NCBI GenBank assembly: GCA_963828255.1
Contig: CAWHDZ010000017.1
Span: 1 to 64,000 of the forward strand
Direction of reading: 5' to 3'
Source: an uncultured delta proteobacterium
GTDB lineage: Bacteria > Myxococcota > Myxococcia > Myxococcales > Anaeromyxobacteraceae
Length of the DNA: 64,000 nt
Of the stretch, positions 1-11,378 are shown one piece after another; within the stretch, counting starts at the first letter, position 1; each line of letters starts with the position of its first letter. The notes below the pieces were generated by a model, which had not been told where the DNA came from, made no database searches, and saw nothing but the letters and a program-made list of their open reading frames with translations. Made by a program: the position numbers and the translations under genes.

Positions 1-1057
1 TGTAGGCCGGTGTGCCCGAGAGGCCGACGGGCTGGCCGAAGAAGTGGGCCAGACCCAGGTCCATGACCTTCACGCCGCCCGACTGGGTGAGGAAGACGTT
101 GCCGGGCTTGAGGTCCCGGTGCAGGAGACCGGCGCCGTGGGCGTGGGCCAGCGCGCGGGCCACCTGGCCGCCCACGTGCACGGCCTCGTGAACCGGGAGT
201 GGACCGCGGCCCAGCCGCGCGGCCAGCGTCTCCCCCTTGAGCAGCTCGAGGACCAGGTACGGTCCTGCCGCGCTCTGGCCGTAATCGAAGATGGAGACGA
301 TGTTCTCGTGCTGGAGGCTGGCCGCCGACTCGGCCTCCTTGAGCAGCATGGCGTCGAGCTGGCGGGTCCTCACGCCGGGGCGAACCGCCTTGAAGGCCAC
401 CGAGCGCCCCAGGTCCTTGTCGCGGGCCTCGAAGACCACGCCGAAGCCGCCGCTGCCGATCTCCTTCACCATCTCGAAGCGCCCCACCACCATCCCCGGG
501 GAGAGCTCCTTCGTGGCCGGCGAGGGGCGCGCCCCGTCGGGCTGGGCCCGCGTCCGGTTCTCCGCGCCGCCGGCCTTGGCGAGCTGCTGCAGCAGGAGCG
601 AGCGCCCCTCCGGGGCGGCCAGGATGCTCGCCAGCAGATTCGCCACGGTGGGCTGCGCGCCGCCCGCGGCGTCGTCGGCGGAGGCGGGAGCCTTGGCGAG
701 CTGCTCGAGGAGGAGCGAGCGGCCGTCGGCGCCCGGGGCGTTCACGGTGAGGAGATTGGCGGCGAGCCGGGTGATCTCCGCGCCGGCGTCGCCGCCCCCG
801 GCGGGTGCGCGGGCGAACTGCTCGACCAGCAGCGAGCGGCCGTCGGCGCCGCCCACCATCGAGGCGAGCGCCTCGACCAGCCGGCGCGACTTCTCAGCGT
901 CCGGGGTTCCTGGCGAGGCGGCGGCGAAGTGCTCGAGCAGGGCTGAGCGGCCGTCGGCCGAGTCGTCCGCTCCGGAAGGGCGACGTCCGTCGCCCGACGG
1001 AGTCAGGGGAGCGGGCTCCCCCGGGTCGCCGGGACCGGAATGGTTGCTCTTGGCCAA
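1..1057 (-). CDS. Ser/Thr protein kinase (3' end runs off the window), with N-terminal repeats
   Basis: Not in the ORF track. The minus strand reads IGSGGFGVVF...VAFK...LLHRDLKPGNVFL...VKVMDLGLA...SGTPAY. A TTG start at 1057 follows AGGAG. Confidence 0.9.
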   Translation of the reverse strand, partial: MAKSNHSGPGDPGEPAPLTPSGDGRRPSGADDSADGRSALLEHFAAASPGTPDAEKSRRLVEALASMVGGADGRSLLVEQFARAPAGGGDAGAEITRLAANLLTVNAPGADGRSLLLEQLAKAPASADDAAGGAQPTVANLLASILAAPEGRSLLLQQLAKAGGAENRTRAQPDGARPSPATKELSPGMVVGRFEMVKEIGSGGFGVVFEARDKDLGRSVAFKAVRPGVRTRQLDAMLLKEAESAASLQHENIVSIFDYGQSAAGPYLVLELLKGETLAARLGRGPLPVHEAVHVGGQVARALAHAHGAGLLHRDLKPGNVFLTQSGGVKVMDLGLAHFFGQPVGLSGTPAY

Positions 1058-1416
1058 CTCGGTCTCGCTCCTCTTGTCGCGGCGCTGCCCGCGTCTCCCA
1101 CCTGAAGGTTTGAGCAGAACTTGCGCCCCCAGGTCAAACGACAGGCGGTACGGGAGGATCGGACCGGGGGGACGGTCGAGGTGGGGCGGGGACCCCGATT
1201 TTCACGGCGAGCGAAATCCGGGCAACGCATCGCGTCGGACCCCTGATCCTCTTGATGGATTCGAGCAACGGTTGACCGGGGTCAATGACGTGCCCCGACG
1301 CAACCGATGCACATCCCTGCGTCGTTCATCTTTTGTCGGTCAGATGGGCATTTCCTGACTGTCCTCTGATGAGTTCGCGCAGATTTTGTTGCCGCTTTCT
1401 GGTGAAGGAGACACAC

Positions 1417-4400
1417 GTGAGCCGACACGTTCCGACACGAAGCCTGGCCGCCGTCGCCGTCGCACTGGGACTCCTGGTCATACCCGAGAGCGTGCACGCC
1501 CAGATCGCGGGCGAGAGCGTGAACATGGTCACGGGCACCGGCTGGCCCGGCGGTGACCCCTACCTCCAGCGCCAGAACGAGCCGTCGATCGCAGTGTCGT
1601 CCGCGAACCCCGAGCACCTTCTCGCCGGCGCGAACGACTACCGCACCGTGGACATCGCCAAGGCGCCTGCCGACAAGATGCCCGGCGACGCCTGGGCGGG
1701 GATCTTCAAGTCGCTCGACGGCGGCAAGACCTGGAAGAGCTACCTGATGCCGGGGTACCCGCAGGACCCGGCTCGGTACGCGAAGACCGCGCCCTTCGCT
1801 CCGCTGACCGGAGCCGCAGCGCCCCCGCTCATGTGGTGCGGCGTCCCCACGGCCGCGGTCCCCGAGGTCACGAACCCCGACGGAACGGTGACCTCCGCCG
1901 TCCCGGCCACCGACGGCACGTGCACGTCGGCCGCCGACCCGGTGGTCCGCGCCGGCGCGGACGGGATGTTCTACTACGGCGGGATCACGTTCCAGCGCTT
2001 CACCAACTACGGCAAGGTCTACCTGGCCCGCTTCATCGACCTGAACAACAAGGAGAACGGCGACGCCACGATGGGGACCGACCCCATCCGCTTCGTGGAC
2101 CAGAAGGTGGTCGCCCTCGGCAGCGCGACCGACTTCGTGGACAAGCCCTGGATCGCCGTGGACGTGCCGCGCTCCACCAACCCGTCCTGCACGGTGACGG
2201 TCGTCAACCCGGACAAGACCACCACCAAGCGGACCTTCCCCGGGCACACCATCTACGTGGCGTATCTGCGCCTCACGAACAACCAGACCCAGAGCGACGT
2301 GATGGTCCGTCACTCCGACGACTGCGGCGCCACCTGGGCCGCGCCCGTCAAGGTGAACGATGCCACCAGCCCGGCCAACGAGGGTCCGGCCCTGGCCATC
2401 GACCCGGTGAAGGGGCACGTCTACGTGACCTGGCGGCGGGTGGGCTCCCCCACCCAGCCCAACGCCATCATGATCTCCCGCTCCTTCAGCCGGGCGACCA
2501 AGTTCACCAAGCCGCGCGAGGTGGCCACCGTCTCGCCCTTCGACCAGCAGACCACCGACACCGGCTTCCGGGTCACCCTCTTCCCCAGCTCCGCCATCTC
2601 GGTGGACAAGGCCGGCGTGCGCCGCCTGCACGTGGCCTGGGCCGAGCGGGTGGACGCGACCAATTACGCACGCGTGGTGGTCGCCACCAAGCTGCTCTCC
2701 CCTCCGCCCGTCACCGAACACGAGGAGGACGAGGACGACAACACCTGCCAGAAGCTCGATCGGGCACGCGCCGTCGACGGCGCTCCCATCACGGTGGACG
2801 CCACCCCCATCCCCGGACGTGGCGTGGGGGAGTTCAGCAAGGGGCACCAGTTCATGCCCTCGATCACCTTCTCGCAGGGCAAGCTGATGCTGGTCTACTA
2901 CGACACGCGCCTCGACCACACGCGCGCCTACTTCAACCCCAACAAGCCGTTCGACGCCGATGCCCAGGGCAGCTTCTACGAGGTGATCCGCGGCCCGCTC
3001 GGCGCCCCCCCGGTGAGCAACGAGAACATCCCCGTCGGCCCGGACAACCAGCTCGACGCCGACGACGCCGTCTTCAACGCCTTCGTGGACGACGGAAACC
3101 TCACCAAGGTCCGCCACACCGTGGACGTGCGGGTGGCCTCGGCGCTCCCCTCCGACGCCCCCTCCTTCAGCGCGGCGCAGCTGTCCAAGTTCCCCTTCGG
3201 CACGCGAGGGGACGAGGCCTACCTGGCCGACGCCAGCGGCAACCTGGCCGTTCCGGGCTTCGGAGCGGATCTCCAGATCGTCGCCAACCGGGAGGTCAAG
3301 CTCCTCCAGCAGCTCAAGGTGAACCCGCCCAACCTGCCCATGTTCAAGGGCGGCACCAAGCCCTTCTTCGGTGACTACATCGACGTCCAGGGACCGGCCT
3401 TCGTGAAGAAGGCCGGGAAGTGGGTCTTCAACAACGATCTCAACCCGTCGCCGGTCTTCCACGCGGTGTGGACCAGCAACGAGGACGTGAAGGCGCCCCC
3501 CGACGGGAGGTGGGACCTCTACGCGCCCATCAACGTGCAGGGGCCGAGCCGCGTCGATCCCACCCAGCAGACCGTGGCCTGCACCCCGGCCACGGCGCTC
3601 TACGCCTCGTCCCGCAACCAGAACATCTACACCTCCCGGATCACCGAGGGGCTGCTCGTCTCCTCGCCGCAGAACACCAAGCCGCTCAGCTCCACGCAGG
3701 TCCGCTCCTTCGTGATCGCGGCGCACAACGCCACCAGCGTGAAGAAGACCGTCAAGTTCACCTACGTCATTCCCACCGGGGTGACGGCATCCTTCCGCGC
3801 GCTCTCCGGCAACCAGCTGGCCGTCCTCCCCATCGTGACGGCCGACATCCCGCCCCACTCGACCGTGTCACGTTCGCTCTTCGTGAAGTCCACCAGCGCA
3901 TCGGCCACCATCACGGCCACGGTGACCGAGCAGGGCGGCGCGTTCGCCTCCGGCTTCGTCCTCCTGAACCCGCCCGGCGCCACTCCCGGGCTCATCGCGC
4001 CCGACGGAGCGTCGGCGATCACCGGCGGCGAGACCTACACCCCCATCCAGGTGGCCGCGAACCTGTCCAACGCCAACCTGAGCAACGCGAACCTGAGCAA
4101 CGCCAACCTCTCCAACGCGAACCTGTCGAACGCGAACCTCTCGAACGCGAACCTGAGCAACGCCAACCTCTCCAACGCGAACCTGAGCAACGCCAACCTC
4201 TCCAACGCGGCGCTGGCCAACCTCTCCAACGCCAACCTGTCGAACGCGAACCTCAGCAACGCCAACCTGTCGAACGCGAACCTCAGCAACGCCAACCTGA
4301 GCAACGCGAACCTCTCCAACGCGAATCTGAGCAACGCGAACCTCAGCAACGCCAGCATCTCCGACCTCAACTACGAGTACCAGAACACCGGGAACACCAG

Positions 4401-7400
4401 CACCGCCTACTCCATCAAGATCGTGGGGACGAAGCCCAACCCCGGTGAGGTGCTCCAGCTCATCGTCGCCCGGACCTACACCACGCCCACCGCCGTCGGC
4501 TGCGAGCTCAAGGAGGAGGCGCACAACCACATCCTGGCCTCCATCGACGACGTGAGCGGCGCGGTCGTTTCCCCCACGTCAAAGGTGGATCCGGGCGTGG
4601 GAGACGCCAACGCCGCCAACGCCACCGTGGTGCTGGCCCCCGGCGAGAAGGTCCAGATCACCCTTCGCGGCAACGTGACCCTGGCGCGCATGGCCGAGAT
4701 CGGGGCCACGCTGGCGCCGCGCCCCGTCGCCCAGCGCACGCCCATCGGCGGGACGACTGGCACCACCACCTATGCCCAGTACGCGCCGCGGGGAGCGACC
4801 ACAACCGCGCTCTCGTACGACGGCTCGGCCGTCTTCACCGCCACCGTGAAGGACGCCGCCCTCGCGGCCGTGGTCTCCGGCTCGGTCAACTTCGTCGCCG
4901 CCGGCAACGTCTTCCTCGGAACCGTCCAGCTGGGCGCGGCGGGTACGGCGACGTTCACGCCAGTCGGCCTGCCGTCGGGGTCGACGGTGGCCGCGTACTA
5001 CAGCGGCTCCAACACCTTCCTGCCCAGCCAGGCGTCGCTCACGACGACGGCCTTTGGCGTGACCGTTTCTCCGGCGACCGTGACGCTGGCGCCGGGTGCC
5101 GAGCAGATCTTCGCGGCCACCGTGTCCGGCACGCCAAACCAGGACGTGGTCTGGTCGGTTGACGGAACCGGTGCCGGGACGATCAACGACGCCGGCCTCT
5201 ACATCGCCCACGCGGTGCCCGGGACCTACACCGTTCGTGCCACCTCTTCCGCCGACCCGACCAAGAGCGGAATCGCGACGGTCACCGTGTCGACGACCGC
5301 GCCTCCTCCCCCGAACGTCACCGTGACGCTGTCGCCGTCCGCGCCGGCTCTCCTGGTCGGCCAGGTGCAGACCTTCACGGCCACGGTCGCCGGCACGACC
5401 AACCTCGCGGTGAACTGGACCGTCGCTCCCTCGACGGGCGTGACCTTCACCGTGCTCTCGACCACCACCGTGAGCTTCGTGACGACGGTGCCCGGCAGTT
5501 ACACGGTCACGGCGACGTCGGTCGAGGTCCCGGCGGCATCGGCTTCCACGACCTTCACGGTCAGCGCCACCGCCCCCGGCGCACCTACCGGCCTCATGGT
5601 CACGGGCGCGCCTGGCAACGGGCAGGTGTCCCTCGCCTGGTCGCCTCCCGCCTCGGATGGCGGCTCCGCCATCGCTGGCTACATCGTCACCGCCACGTCG
5701 GTGGCTGCCAGCATCACCAGGGACGTCGGGTTGACGACGACGACGACCGTCGGGCTCCTCACGAACGGAGTCGCCTACACCTTCACCGTCGCGGCGTACA
5801 ACGGGGTCGGCGCCGGATCGGGCCCGGTGTCGAACTCCGTCACGGCCACGCCGGTGGCGCCCGTCACCGCTCCCGGCGCCCCCACCGGCCTGACGGTCAC
5901 GGCGGGCAACGGGTCCGCGACCCTCGGATGGACGGCTCCGGCCTCGGACGGCGGCAGCGCCATCACGGGCTACGACGTCACCATCTCGCCCGCCGCAGGC
6001 GCGGTCGTGGTCACCGGGACGACCGCATCGGTCACCGGGCTCGCGAACGGAACCGCGTACACGTTCACCGTCGCGGCGATCAACGTGGCCGGCACCGGAT
6101 CTCCATCGGTTGCCTCCAGCGCGTTCACGCCTGCCACTGTCCCCGGCGTTCCCACCGGTCTGACGGCCACGGCTGGCAACGGGTCGGCGACCCTTGGCTG
6201 GACGGCCCCGGCTTCGAACGGCAGCGCCATCAGCGGGTACACGGTGGCGATCTCGCCGGCCGCGGGAAGCATCGTGGTCACCGGGACGAGCGCAGCGGTC
6301 ACCGGACTCACCAACGGAACCGCTTACACGTTCACCGTCGCGGCGATCAACGGGGCCGGCACGGGCCCGGCTTCCTCGCCCTCCATCGCGTTCACCCCGG
6401 TCGCCCCGGTCCCGGTCGCCGTGACCGTCTCGCCGCTGGATCCCGGCGCCACCGTCGCCACGCCGCTGTCCTTCGCGGCGACCGTCACGGGGTCCGCCAA
6501 CACCGCCGTCAACTGGTCGGTGTCGCCGTCGACGACGGCGACCATCTCGCAGGCGGGCAGCTTCGTCGCCTCGCAGACCGGGCTCTACACCGTGACCGCG
6601 ACCTCGCAGGCCGACCCGACCAAGAGCGCCAGCACGGTAGTCACGGTGTGGGGCGCACAGTTCTCGACGTTCGCGGTCTCCGTGACGCCGAGCCCCTCGG
6701 CCTTCAGCGCCCCCGTCTCCGTCAACGTGACGTTCACGGCGCCGTTCGGTCGGCAGCCCGCTGGGACGGTGGTCATCTCCGACTTCCCCGCGACGAACTC
6801 GACCGGTGCCGTCGGTTTCGCCTCCGTCACCCGCCCCGTCGCATGTACGCGGACCTTCACCACCACCACCCCCCCCTGGGAGTGCAGCGTCAGCGTCGAG
6901 GCCGCGCCGGCCTGGGCGATCGCGGGGCTCCACTGGGTGGCCGCCGAGTACACCGGGGACTCCTACTTCGACGCCCAATTGGCCGAGATCGACACCGTCG
7001 TCGAGATCCCGGTGCCGGTGCTCGCCTACCTGGGCGCGGCCAATCGTCCCACGGGCGGCACGGACCACCATCTCCGGATCACCAACTGGGCCCAGTACCC
7101 GGTAGAGACCTTCGATCCGCAGACGCTCGTGGCGTGCGGCGCGAACCTGAGCCCGGCGCGGACCTGGGTCGACATCGTCGACGGGACGACCGGGGCCTTC
7201 ATCTACGGATACTGCGCGATGGCCTCGGAGGTCGACCTCCAGGACTTCTCCTTCTTCGTGGGGAACCTGATCGCGCCGCCCGCCAGCGTCAAGGTCCGGG
7301 TCATGGACCTCGTGCGAAGCGTCACGCTTGAATCCAACCTGGTCGCCATCCCCGCGCCCTTCGTGGTGCCCGCCCCGCAGGCCGCAAGCACCGTAGCCGG

Positions 7401-9990
7401 CGGTGGCAACTCGACCTTCTTCCTCGCGCCCGGCGGAACGGCCATGGCGCTTGGGCAGAACCTCGGTGGACAGCTCGGAATCATCTCGATCACCGATGCG
7501 GTGCTGCCGAACCCGACGCCGATCACCATTCCGGGTGGCGTGGCCGTGCGCAGCATCGACGCCGCCAGCTGGCATGGCATGGCCATCGACGTCACCGGGG
7601 GTCTCTGGGCATGGGGCTGGGGTCCTGCCATCGGGCTGCCCATTTCGGCCGCGACGCCGGTCCACCTCAGTACCGGCGACTACTCGATGTCGGTGACTGC
7701 CACCGCCATCTCGGCCGGATACGGCCACGGCCTCGTGCTGATGTCGAACGGGCACGTATGGGGCTTCGGCGACGACCAGTGGGGGCAGTTCGGACCGGCC
7801 CCCTTCCTGGGCACCAAGCGGCTCATCAATGACCCCGGCGGGATCGTCGCCATCGCCGCTGGTGAACACCACTCCATGCTGCTCGCATCCGACGGCACCG
7901 TCTGGACCATGGGCAGGAACGAGTACGGACAGCTCGGCGATGGCACCATCGCCGGCGTCGGTTCCACCTTCTCTCGCACCACGCCTCGGCGCGTGTCGGG
8001 GCTGACCCAGGTCGTCGCCATCGCGGCAGGGAGCTTCCACTCGGTGGCGTTGCGAACCGATGGCACTGTCTGGACCTGGGGCCACGGGACCGAGGGACAG
8101 CTCGGCAACGGCGGCAGCGCCGACCTCGGAAGCCCGGTGCAGGTGGTGGGGGTGGGAGGAACCGGGTTCCTGACGAACGTCCAGGCGATCTCTACCGGCA
8201 ACAACCACACGCTCGCGCTCCTGGCAGACGGAACCTTGCGTGCCTGGGGCTACAACGGGCAGGGCCAACTGGGAGATGGGTCCACCGCGAATCGCCAGAT
8301 GCCAGGCGCAGTGGCCGGCCTCGCCAGCATCACCGACATCGCCGGCGGCGAGTGGCACTCGGTGGCGCGCCGGTCCGACGGTACCATCTGGGCCTGGGGC
8401 CTGAACCAATCGAGCCAGCTCGGAACGGGGGCACCGTCGGGGACAGCTGGCTCGAACTCCCCCGTGCCGGTCCAGATCGGCACCGTCACGGTGACCGTCA
8501 CGCCGGGTACCGCAAGCGTCACCGGCGGAGGGACACAGGCCTTCACGGCTGTGGTCGCTGGAGCGGTCAACCAGGCCGTGACCTGGTCGGTTCAGGAGAC
8601 GAATGGCGGCACGATCGGCGCCACGACCGGCATCTACACAGCCCCCTCGACGCCGGGGACCTACCACGTCGTCGCGACCTCGGTCGCCGATCCGACGAAG
8701 ATTGGTACCGCCATCGTCACGGTCACGGCGCCCAACGTGCTCAGCTACACCCTCACGTCGGTCACGCCGAACAAGGCCGGGCTGGGCTACACGGTGAGGT
8801 TGACGGGGAGGGTCATCCGGAGTGGGGGATCGGTTTTCGATCCCACCGGAACGGTGACCTTCACCGAGACGACGACCGCGACTCTCCTGGGCACCGCGAC
8901 GCTGTCCTACGCCTGCGGGCTGGGAACGACCTGCGCGGACCTCGACGTCGTCACCGGAGCCGGCGGACTGCTCGGCATCCGGGGCGCACTCAATCATGAC
9001 GCCTGGATGATCAGCGCGAGCTACGGAGGCAACTCGATCCTGGTGCCCAGCACCGACACCTCCGGAGCCTTCCTCGGCGTGGACCGTCCCGGCGTCTGGT
9101 CCACGGTGCAAACCCTTCCGGAAAGCCACATGGGGCTCGTCGCGGTGGGCGGGAAGCTCTACTCCATGGGAGGCATCGTTGCTGCGGCATGGCAAGCCAC
9201 CGTCAGGGAGTTCGACCCGTCCATGAACGGCTGGACCGCAAAGACGCCGCTTCCCTCGGCGCCCGTGGGACCGGCCGTCGCAGCGGCGCCGAACGGAAAG
9301 ATCTACGTGTTCAGTGGATCGGGCGCCAACTCGACACAGGTGTACGACCCCGTCCTGGACACCACGAGCGTGATCGGCGCCTCGATGGGCTTGCCGCGTG
9401 ACTATGCGGTGGCCGTCGCGGTGCCCGACGGCAGGATCTTCGTCATCGGCGGTCAGGTGGTCGGAACCGGTGCGTACTCCGATGCGCTCGAGGTCTTCCA
9501 CACGGCGACCGAAACATGGGAAGCCCAGAGCCCGGGGTTGTCGATGCCGACTCCCCGCGCGCTGGCGAGCGCTGTGTACTGGAACGGGAAGATATACGTC
9601 GTGGGCGGGGACGATGGGGTGACGCGCGGGTTGCCCACCGTCGAGATTTTCGACTTGGAGACGAGCACCTGGTCGGCGGGCCCGCCGCTCGGCAGTCGAC
9701 GGAGGGAACTGGGTCTCGCCGTGTCAAACGGCATCGTCTACGCTGTGGGCGGGATGAGTTCGACCCCGGACTTCGCGCCCGCTGTCCTGGTGAATTTCCC
9801 GGCCCCGATGGAGGTACTTGACACCAGCGTGGTGGGAGCGGCCTGGACGGCCGGCGCCTCCATCCAGGTACCTCGCCGCGGTGGCGCGGCAGTGGCGCTC
9901 CCCTGGAATGGCGCAATCTACTTCTTCGGGGGCATGACCCAGGGTGGCGCCCAGACGCTCACGGGAGAGATCTACTTCCCCGTGCCCTGA
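1417..9990 (+). CDS. Giant secreted/surface mosaic protein: BNR/sialidase-like N-terminus, pentapeptide repeats, Ig-like domains, 3x FN3, RCC1 repeats, Kelch repeats
   Basis: ORF 1285..9990; a better start is GTG 1417 after AAGGAG, followed by a signal peptide. Motifs: Asp-boxes SLDGGKTW and [10 protein letters not shown]3 ([12 protein letters not shown]), RCC1 (GxNxxGQLGDG), Kelch (GKIYVVGG). Confidence 0.85.
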   Translation: MSRHVPTRSLAAVAVALGLLVIPESVHAQIAGESVNMVTGTGWPGGDPYLQRQNEPSIAVSSANPEHLLAGANDYRTVDIAKAPADKMPGDAWAGIFKSLDGGKTWKSYLMPGYPQDPARYAKTAPFAPLTGAAAPPLMWCGVPTAAVPEVTNPDGTVTSAVPATDGTCTSAADPVVRAGADGMFYYGGITFQRFTNYGKVYLARFIDLNNKENGDATMGTDPIRFVDQKVVALGSATDFVDKPWIAVDVPRSTNPSCTVTVVNPDKTTTKRTFPGHTIYVAYLRLTNNQTQSDVMVRHSDDCGATWAAPVKVNDATSPANEGPALAIDPVKGHVYVTWRRVGSPTQPNAIMISRSFSRATKFTKPREVATVSPFDQQTTDTGFRVTLFPSSAISVDKAGVRRLHVAWAERVDATNYARVVVATKLLSPPPVTEHEEDEDDNTCQKLDRARAVDGAPITVDATPIPGRGVGEFSKGHQFMPSITFSQGKLMLVYYDTRLDHTRAYFNPNKPFDADAQGSFYEVIRGPLGAPPVSNENIPVGPDNQLDADDAVFNAFVDDGNLTKVRHTVDVRVASALPSDAPSFSAAQLSKFPFGTRGDEAYLADASGNLAVPGFGADLQIVANREVKLLQQLKVNPPNLPMFKGGTKPFFGDYIDVQGPAFVKKAGKWVFNNDLNPSPVFHAVWTSNEDVKAPPDGRWDLYAPINVQGPSRVDPTQQTVACTPATALYASSRNQNIYTSRITEGLLVSSPQNTKPLSSTQVRSFVIAAHNATSVKKTVKFTYVIPTGVTASFRALSGNQLAVLPIVTADIPPHSTVSRSLFVKSTSASATITATVTEQGGAFASGFVLLNPPGATPGLIAPDGASAITGGETYTPIQVAANLSNANLSNANLSNANLSNANLSNANLSNANLSNANLSNANLSNANLSNAALANLSNANLSNANLSNANLSNANLSNANLSNANLSNANLSNANLSNASISDLNYEYQNTGNTSTAYSIKIVGTKPNPGEVLQLIVARTYTTPTAVGCELKEEAHNHILASIDDVSGAVVSPTSKVDPGVGDANAANATVVLAPGEKVQITLRGNVTLARMAEIGATLAPRPVAQRTPIGGTTGTTTYAQYAPRGATTTALSYDGSAVFTATVKDAALAAVVSGSVNFVAAGNVFLGTVQLGAAGTATFTPVGLPSGSTVAAYYSGSNTFLPSQASLTTTAFGVTVSPATVTLAPGAEQIFAATVSGTPNQDVVWSVDGTGAGTINDAGLYIAHAVPGTYTVRATSSADPTKSGIATVTVSTTAPPPPNVTVTLSPSAPALLVGQVQTFTATVAGTTNLAVNWTVAPSTGVTFTVLSTTTVSFVTTVPGSYTVTATSVEVPAASASTTFTVSATAPGAPTGLMVTGAPGNGQVSLAWSPPASDGGSAIAGYIVTATSVAASITRDVGLTTTTTVGLLTNGVAYTFTVAAYNGVGAGSGPVSNSVTATPVAPVTAPGAPTGLTVTAGNGSATLGWTAPASDGGSAITGYDVTISPAAGAVVVTGTTASVTGLANGTAYTFTVAAINVAGTGSPSVASSAFTPATVPGVPTGLTATAGNGSATLGWTAPASNGSAISGYTVAISPAAGSIVVTGTSAAVTGLTNGTAYTFTVAAINGAGTGPASSPSIAFTPVAPVPVAVTVSPLDPGATVATPLSFAATVTGSANTAVNWSVSPSTTATISQAGSFVASQTGLYTVTATSQADPTKSASTVVTVWGAQFSTFAVSVTPSPSAFSAPVSVNVTFTAPFGRQPAGTVVISDFPATNSTGAVGFASVTRPVACTRTFTTTTPPWECSVSVEAAPAWAIAGLHWVAAEYTGDSYFDAQLAEIDTVVEIPVPVLAYLGAANRPTGGTDHHLRITNWAQYPVETFDPQTLVACGANLSPARTWVDIVDGTTGAFIYGYCAMASEVDLQDFSFFVGNLIAPPASVKVRVMDLVRSVTLESNLVAIPAPFVVPAPQAASTVAGGGNSTFFLAPGGTAMALGQNLGGQLGIISITDAVLPNPTPITIPGGVAVRSIDAASWHGMAIDVTGGLWAWGWGPAIGLPISAATPVHLSTGDYSMSVTATAISAGYGHGLVLMSNGHVWGFGDDQWGQFGPAPFLGTKRLINDPGGIVAIAAGEHHSMLLASDGTVWTMGRNEYGQLGDGTIAGVGSTFSRTTPRRVSGLTQVVAIAAGSFHSVALRTDGTVWTWGHGTEGQLGNGGSADLGSPVQVVGVGGTGFLTNVQAISTGNNHTLALLADGTLRAWGYNGQGQLGDGSTANRQMPGAVAGLASITDIAGGEWHSVARRSDGTIWAWGLNQSSQLGTGAPSGTAGSNSPVPVQIGTVTVTVTPGTASVTGGGTQAFTAVVAGAVNQAVTWSVQETNGGTIGATTGIYTAPSTPGTYHVVATSVADPTKIGTAIVTVTAPNVLSYTLTSVTPNKAGLGYTVRLTGRVIRSGGSVFDPTGTVTFTETTTATLLGTATLSYACGLGTTCADLDVVTGAGGLLGIRGALNHDAWMISASYGGNSILVPSTDTSGAFLGVDRPGVWSTVQTLPESHMGLVAVGGKLYSMGGIVAAAWQATVREFDPSMNGWTAKTPLPSAPVGPAVAAAPNGKIYVFSGSGANSTQVYDPVLDTTSVIGASMGLPRDYAVAVAVPDGRIFVIGGQVVGTGAYSDALEVFHTATETWEAQSPGLSMPTPRALASAVYWNGKIYVVGGDDGVTRGLPTVEIFDLETSTWSAGPPLGSRRRELGLAVSNGIVYAVGGMSSTPDFAPAVLVNFPAPMEVLDTSVVGAAWTAGASIQVPRRGGAAVALPWNGAIYFFGGMTQGGAQTLTGEIYFPVP
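4060..4353 (+). repeat. 19 in-frame NLSNA pentapeptide repeats (10 + ALA + 9)
   Basis: 15-bp units counted directly; synonymous codons vary between units. Confidence 0.95.
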
Positions 9991-10047
9991 CCGTCAGTCG
10001 CCAGCAGAACCCGGAGGGCGGCCCGCTCAGGGTCGCCCTCCTTCGCC

Positions 10048-11265
10048 TCACCCCCGCGCCCCCTTGGCCACGTACACCGCGGCCGCCAGGTCCCCGGTCA
10101 CGTTCACGGTCGTCCTCGCCATGTCGAGGAAGCGATCGACCCCCAGGATCAGCCCCAGCCCCTCCAGCGGGATGCCGTACATCTGCAGGATCATCGCCAC
10201 GACGGGGATCGACCCCGCCGGCACGCCCGCCGTCCCGATGCCGGCCAGGATGCAGATGCCCATCACTCCCAGCTGATCCCACACCCCCAGCGGCACCCCG
10301 AAGAGCTGGGCCAGGAAGAGGACCGTCACCCCCTCGAAGAGCGCCGTGCCGTTCTGGTTCATGGCCGACCCCGCGGTGAGCACGAAGCGCGACACCGCGG
10401 GCGGCAGGTGCAGGTCCTCCTCCGCCACCCGCAGCGCGGTGGGCAGCGTCGCCGACGAGGAGGCCGTGGAGAACGCCGTCACGATGGCCACCCGTGACCC
10501 GGAGAAGAACGCCCGCGGGCTCATCCCGCCCAGGAACCAGACCGACGCCGAGTAGACGACCCCCATCTGCAGCGCCAGTCCCAGCAGCACCACCCCCACG
10601 TAGGCCGCGAGCTGCGCCAGCACTCCGGCGCCGAGGCGGGCCGTCATCGAGAAGAGCAGGGCGGCCACGCCGATGGGCGCCACCCGGAGCACGAGGCCGA
10701 TGAGCTTCATCGACACCTCGTAGAGCCCCTCGATGGCCTCCCGCAGCCTCGCCGTGGCCTCCGTTCGCACCAGCGCGATCCCGATGCCGAAGAAGAGCGA
10801 GAAGAAGATGAGCCCGATCATGTCGCCGTCGGCGGCGGCCTTGATCGGATTTGCCGGGACGATTCCCACCAGGCTGAAGGACCCGGCGCCGGGCTTGATG
10901 GCGGTTCCCTGGCGGGCCAGCTCGAGGAGGGCAGGGGAGGCGCCGCGGCCCGGACCGATGACGTCCACGAGCACGAGCCCGATGACCACGGCGATGGACG
11001 AGACCACCACCGTGTAGCCGAGCATGCGCAAGCCCATGCGCCCGAGATCCTCGAGCTCCAGGCTCGCCACCCCCACCACCAGCGCCGAGAAGAGCACCGG
11101 CACCACCAGCATGAAGAGCAGCCGCAGGAAGATCTGCCCCACCGGCTGCGCAAGGTGGACGAGGATCCACTCCAGCCAGGGAGCGCCCCCGCCGAGCGCG
11201 TTGGCGGCGAGCCCGGCCACGGTTCCCACCACGATGGCCACGAGCATCTTCCTGGGTGCTGGCAT
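10048..11265 (-). CDS. Dicarboxylate/amino acid:cation symporter (DAACS family)
   Basis: AFSTASSSATLP, MNQNGTAL and GVDRFLDMARTTVNVTGD motifs; many TM segments. Confidence 0.92.
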   Translation of the reverse strand: MPAPRKMLVAIVVGTVAGLAANALGGGAPWLEWILVHLAQPVGQIFLRLLFMLVVPVLFSALVVGVASLELEDLGRMGLRMLGYTVVVSSIAVVIGLVLVDVIGPGRGASPALLELARQGTAIKPGAGSFSLVGIVPANPIKAAADGDMIGLIFFSLFFGIGIALVRTEATARLREAIEGLYEVSMKLIGLVLRVAPIGVAALLFSMTARLGAGVLAQLAAYVGVVLLGLALQMGVVYSASVWFLGGMSPRAFFSGSRVAIVTAFSTASSSATLPTALRVAEEDLHLPPAVSRFVLTAGSAMNQNGTALFEGVTVLFLAQLFGVPLGVWDQLGVMGICILAGIGTAGVPAGSIPVVAMILQMYGIPLEGLGLILGVDRFLDMARTTVNVTGDLAAAVYVAKGARG

Positions 11266-11378
11266 GGCCCGACTTTACACGGACGTGGTAGACCGGATCA
11301 TCCGCACGCGACGGGGGATCCCTGACCGCACCGACCGAAGCCGCGCCCGCCAAGCAAGCCCTGCCAAAGCCCACGCTC

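Noticed and set aside
44..1358. Plus-strand ORFs 44..946 and 291..1358
   Set aside because: Antisense shadows of the minus-strand kinase.
1282..9501. Long minus-strand ORFs (858 aa and 1640 aa)
   Set aside because: Shadow ORFs of the giant protein, typical of high-GC DNA; no motifs.
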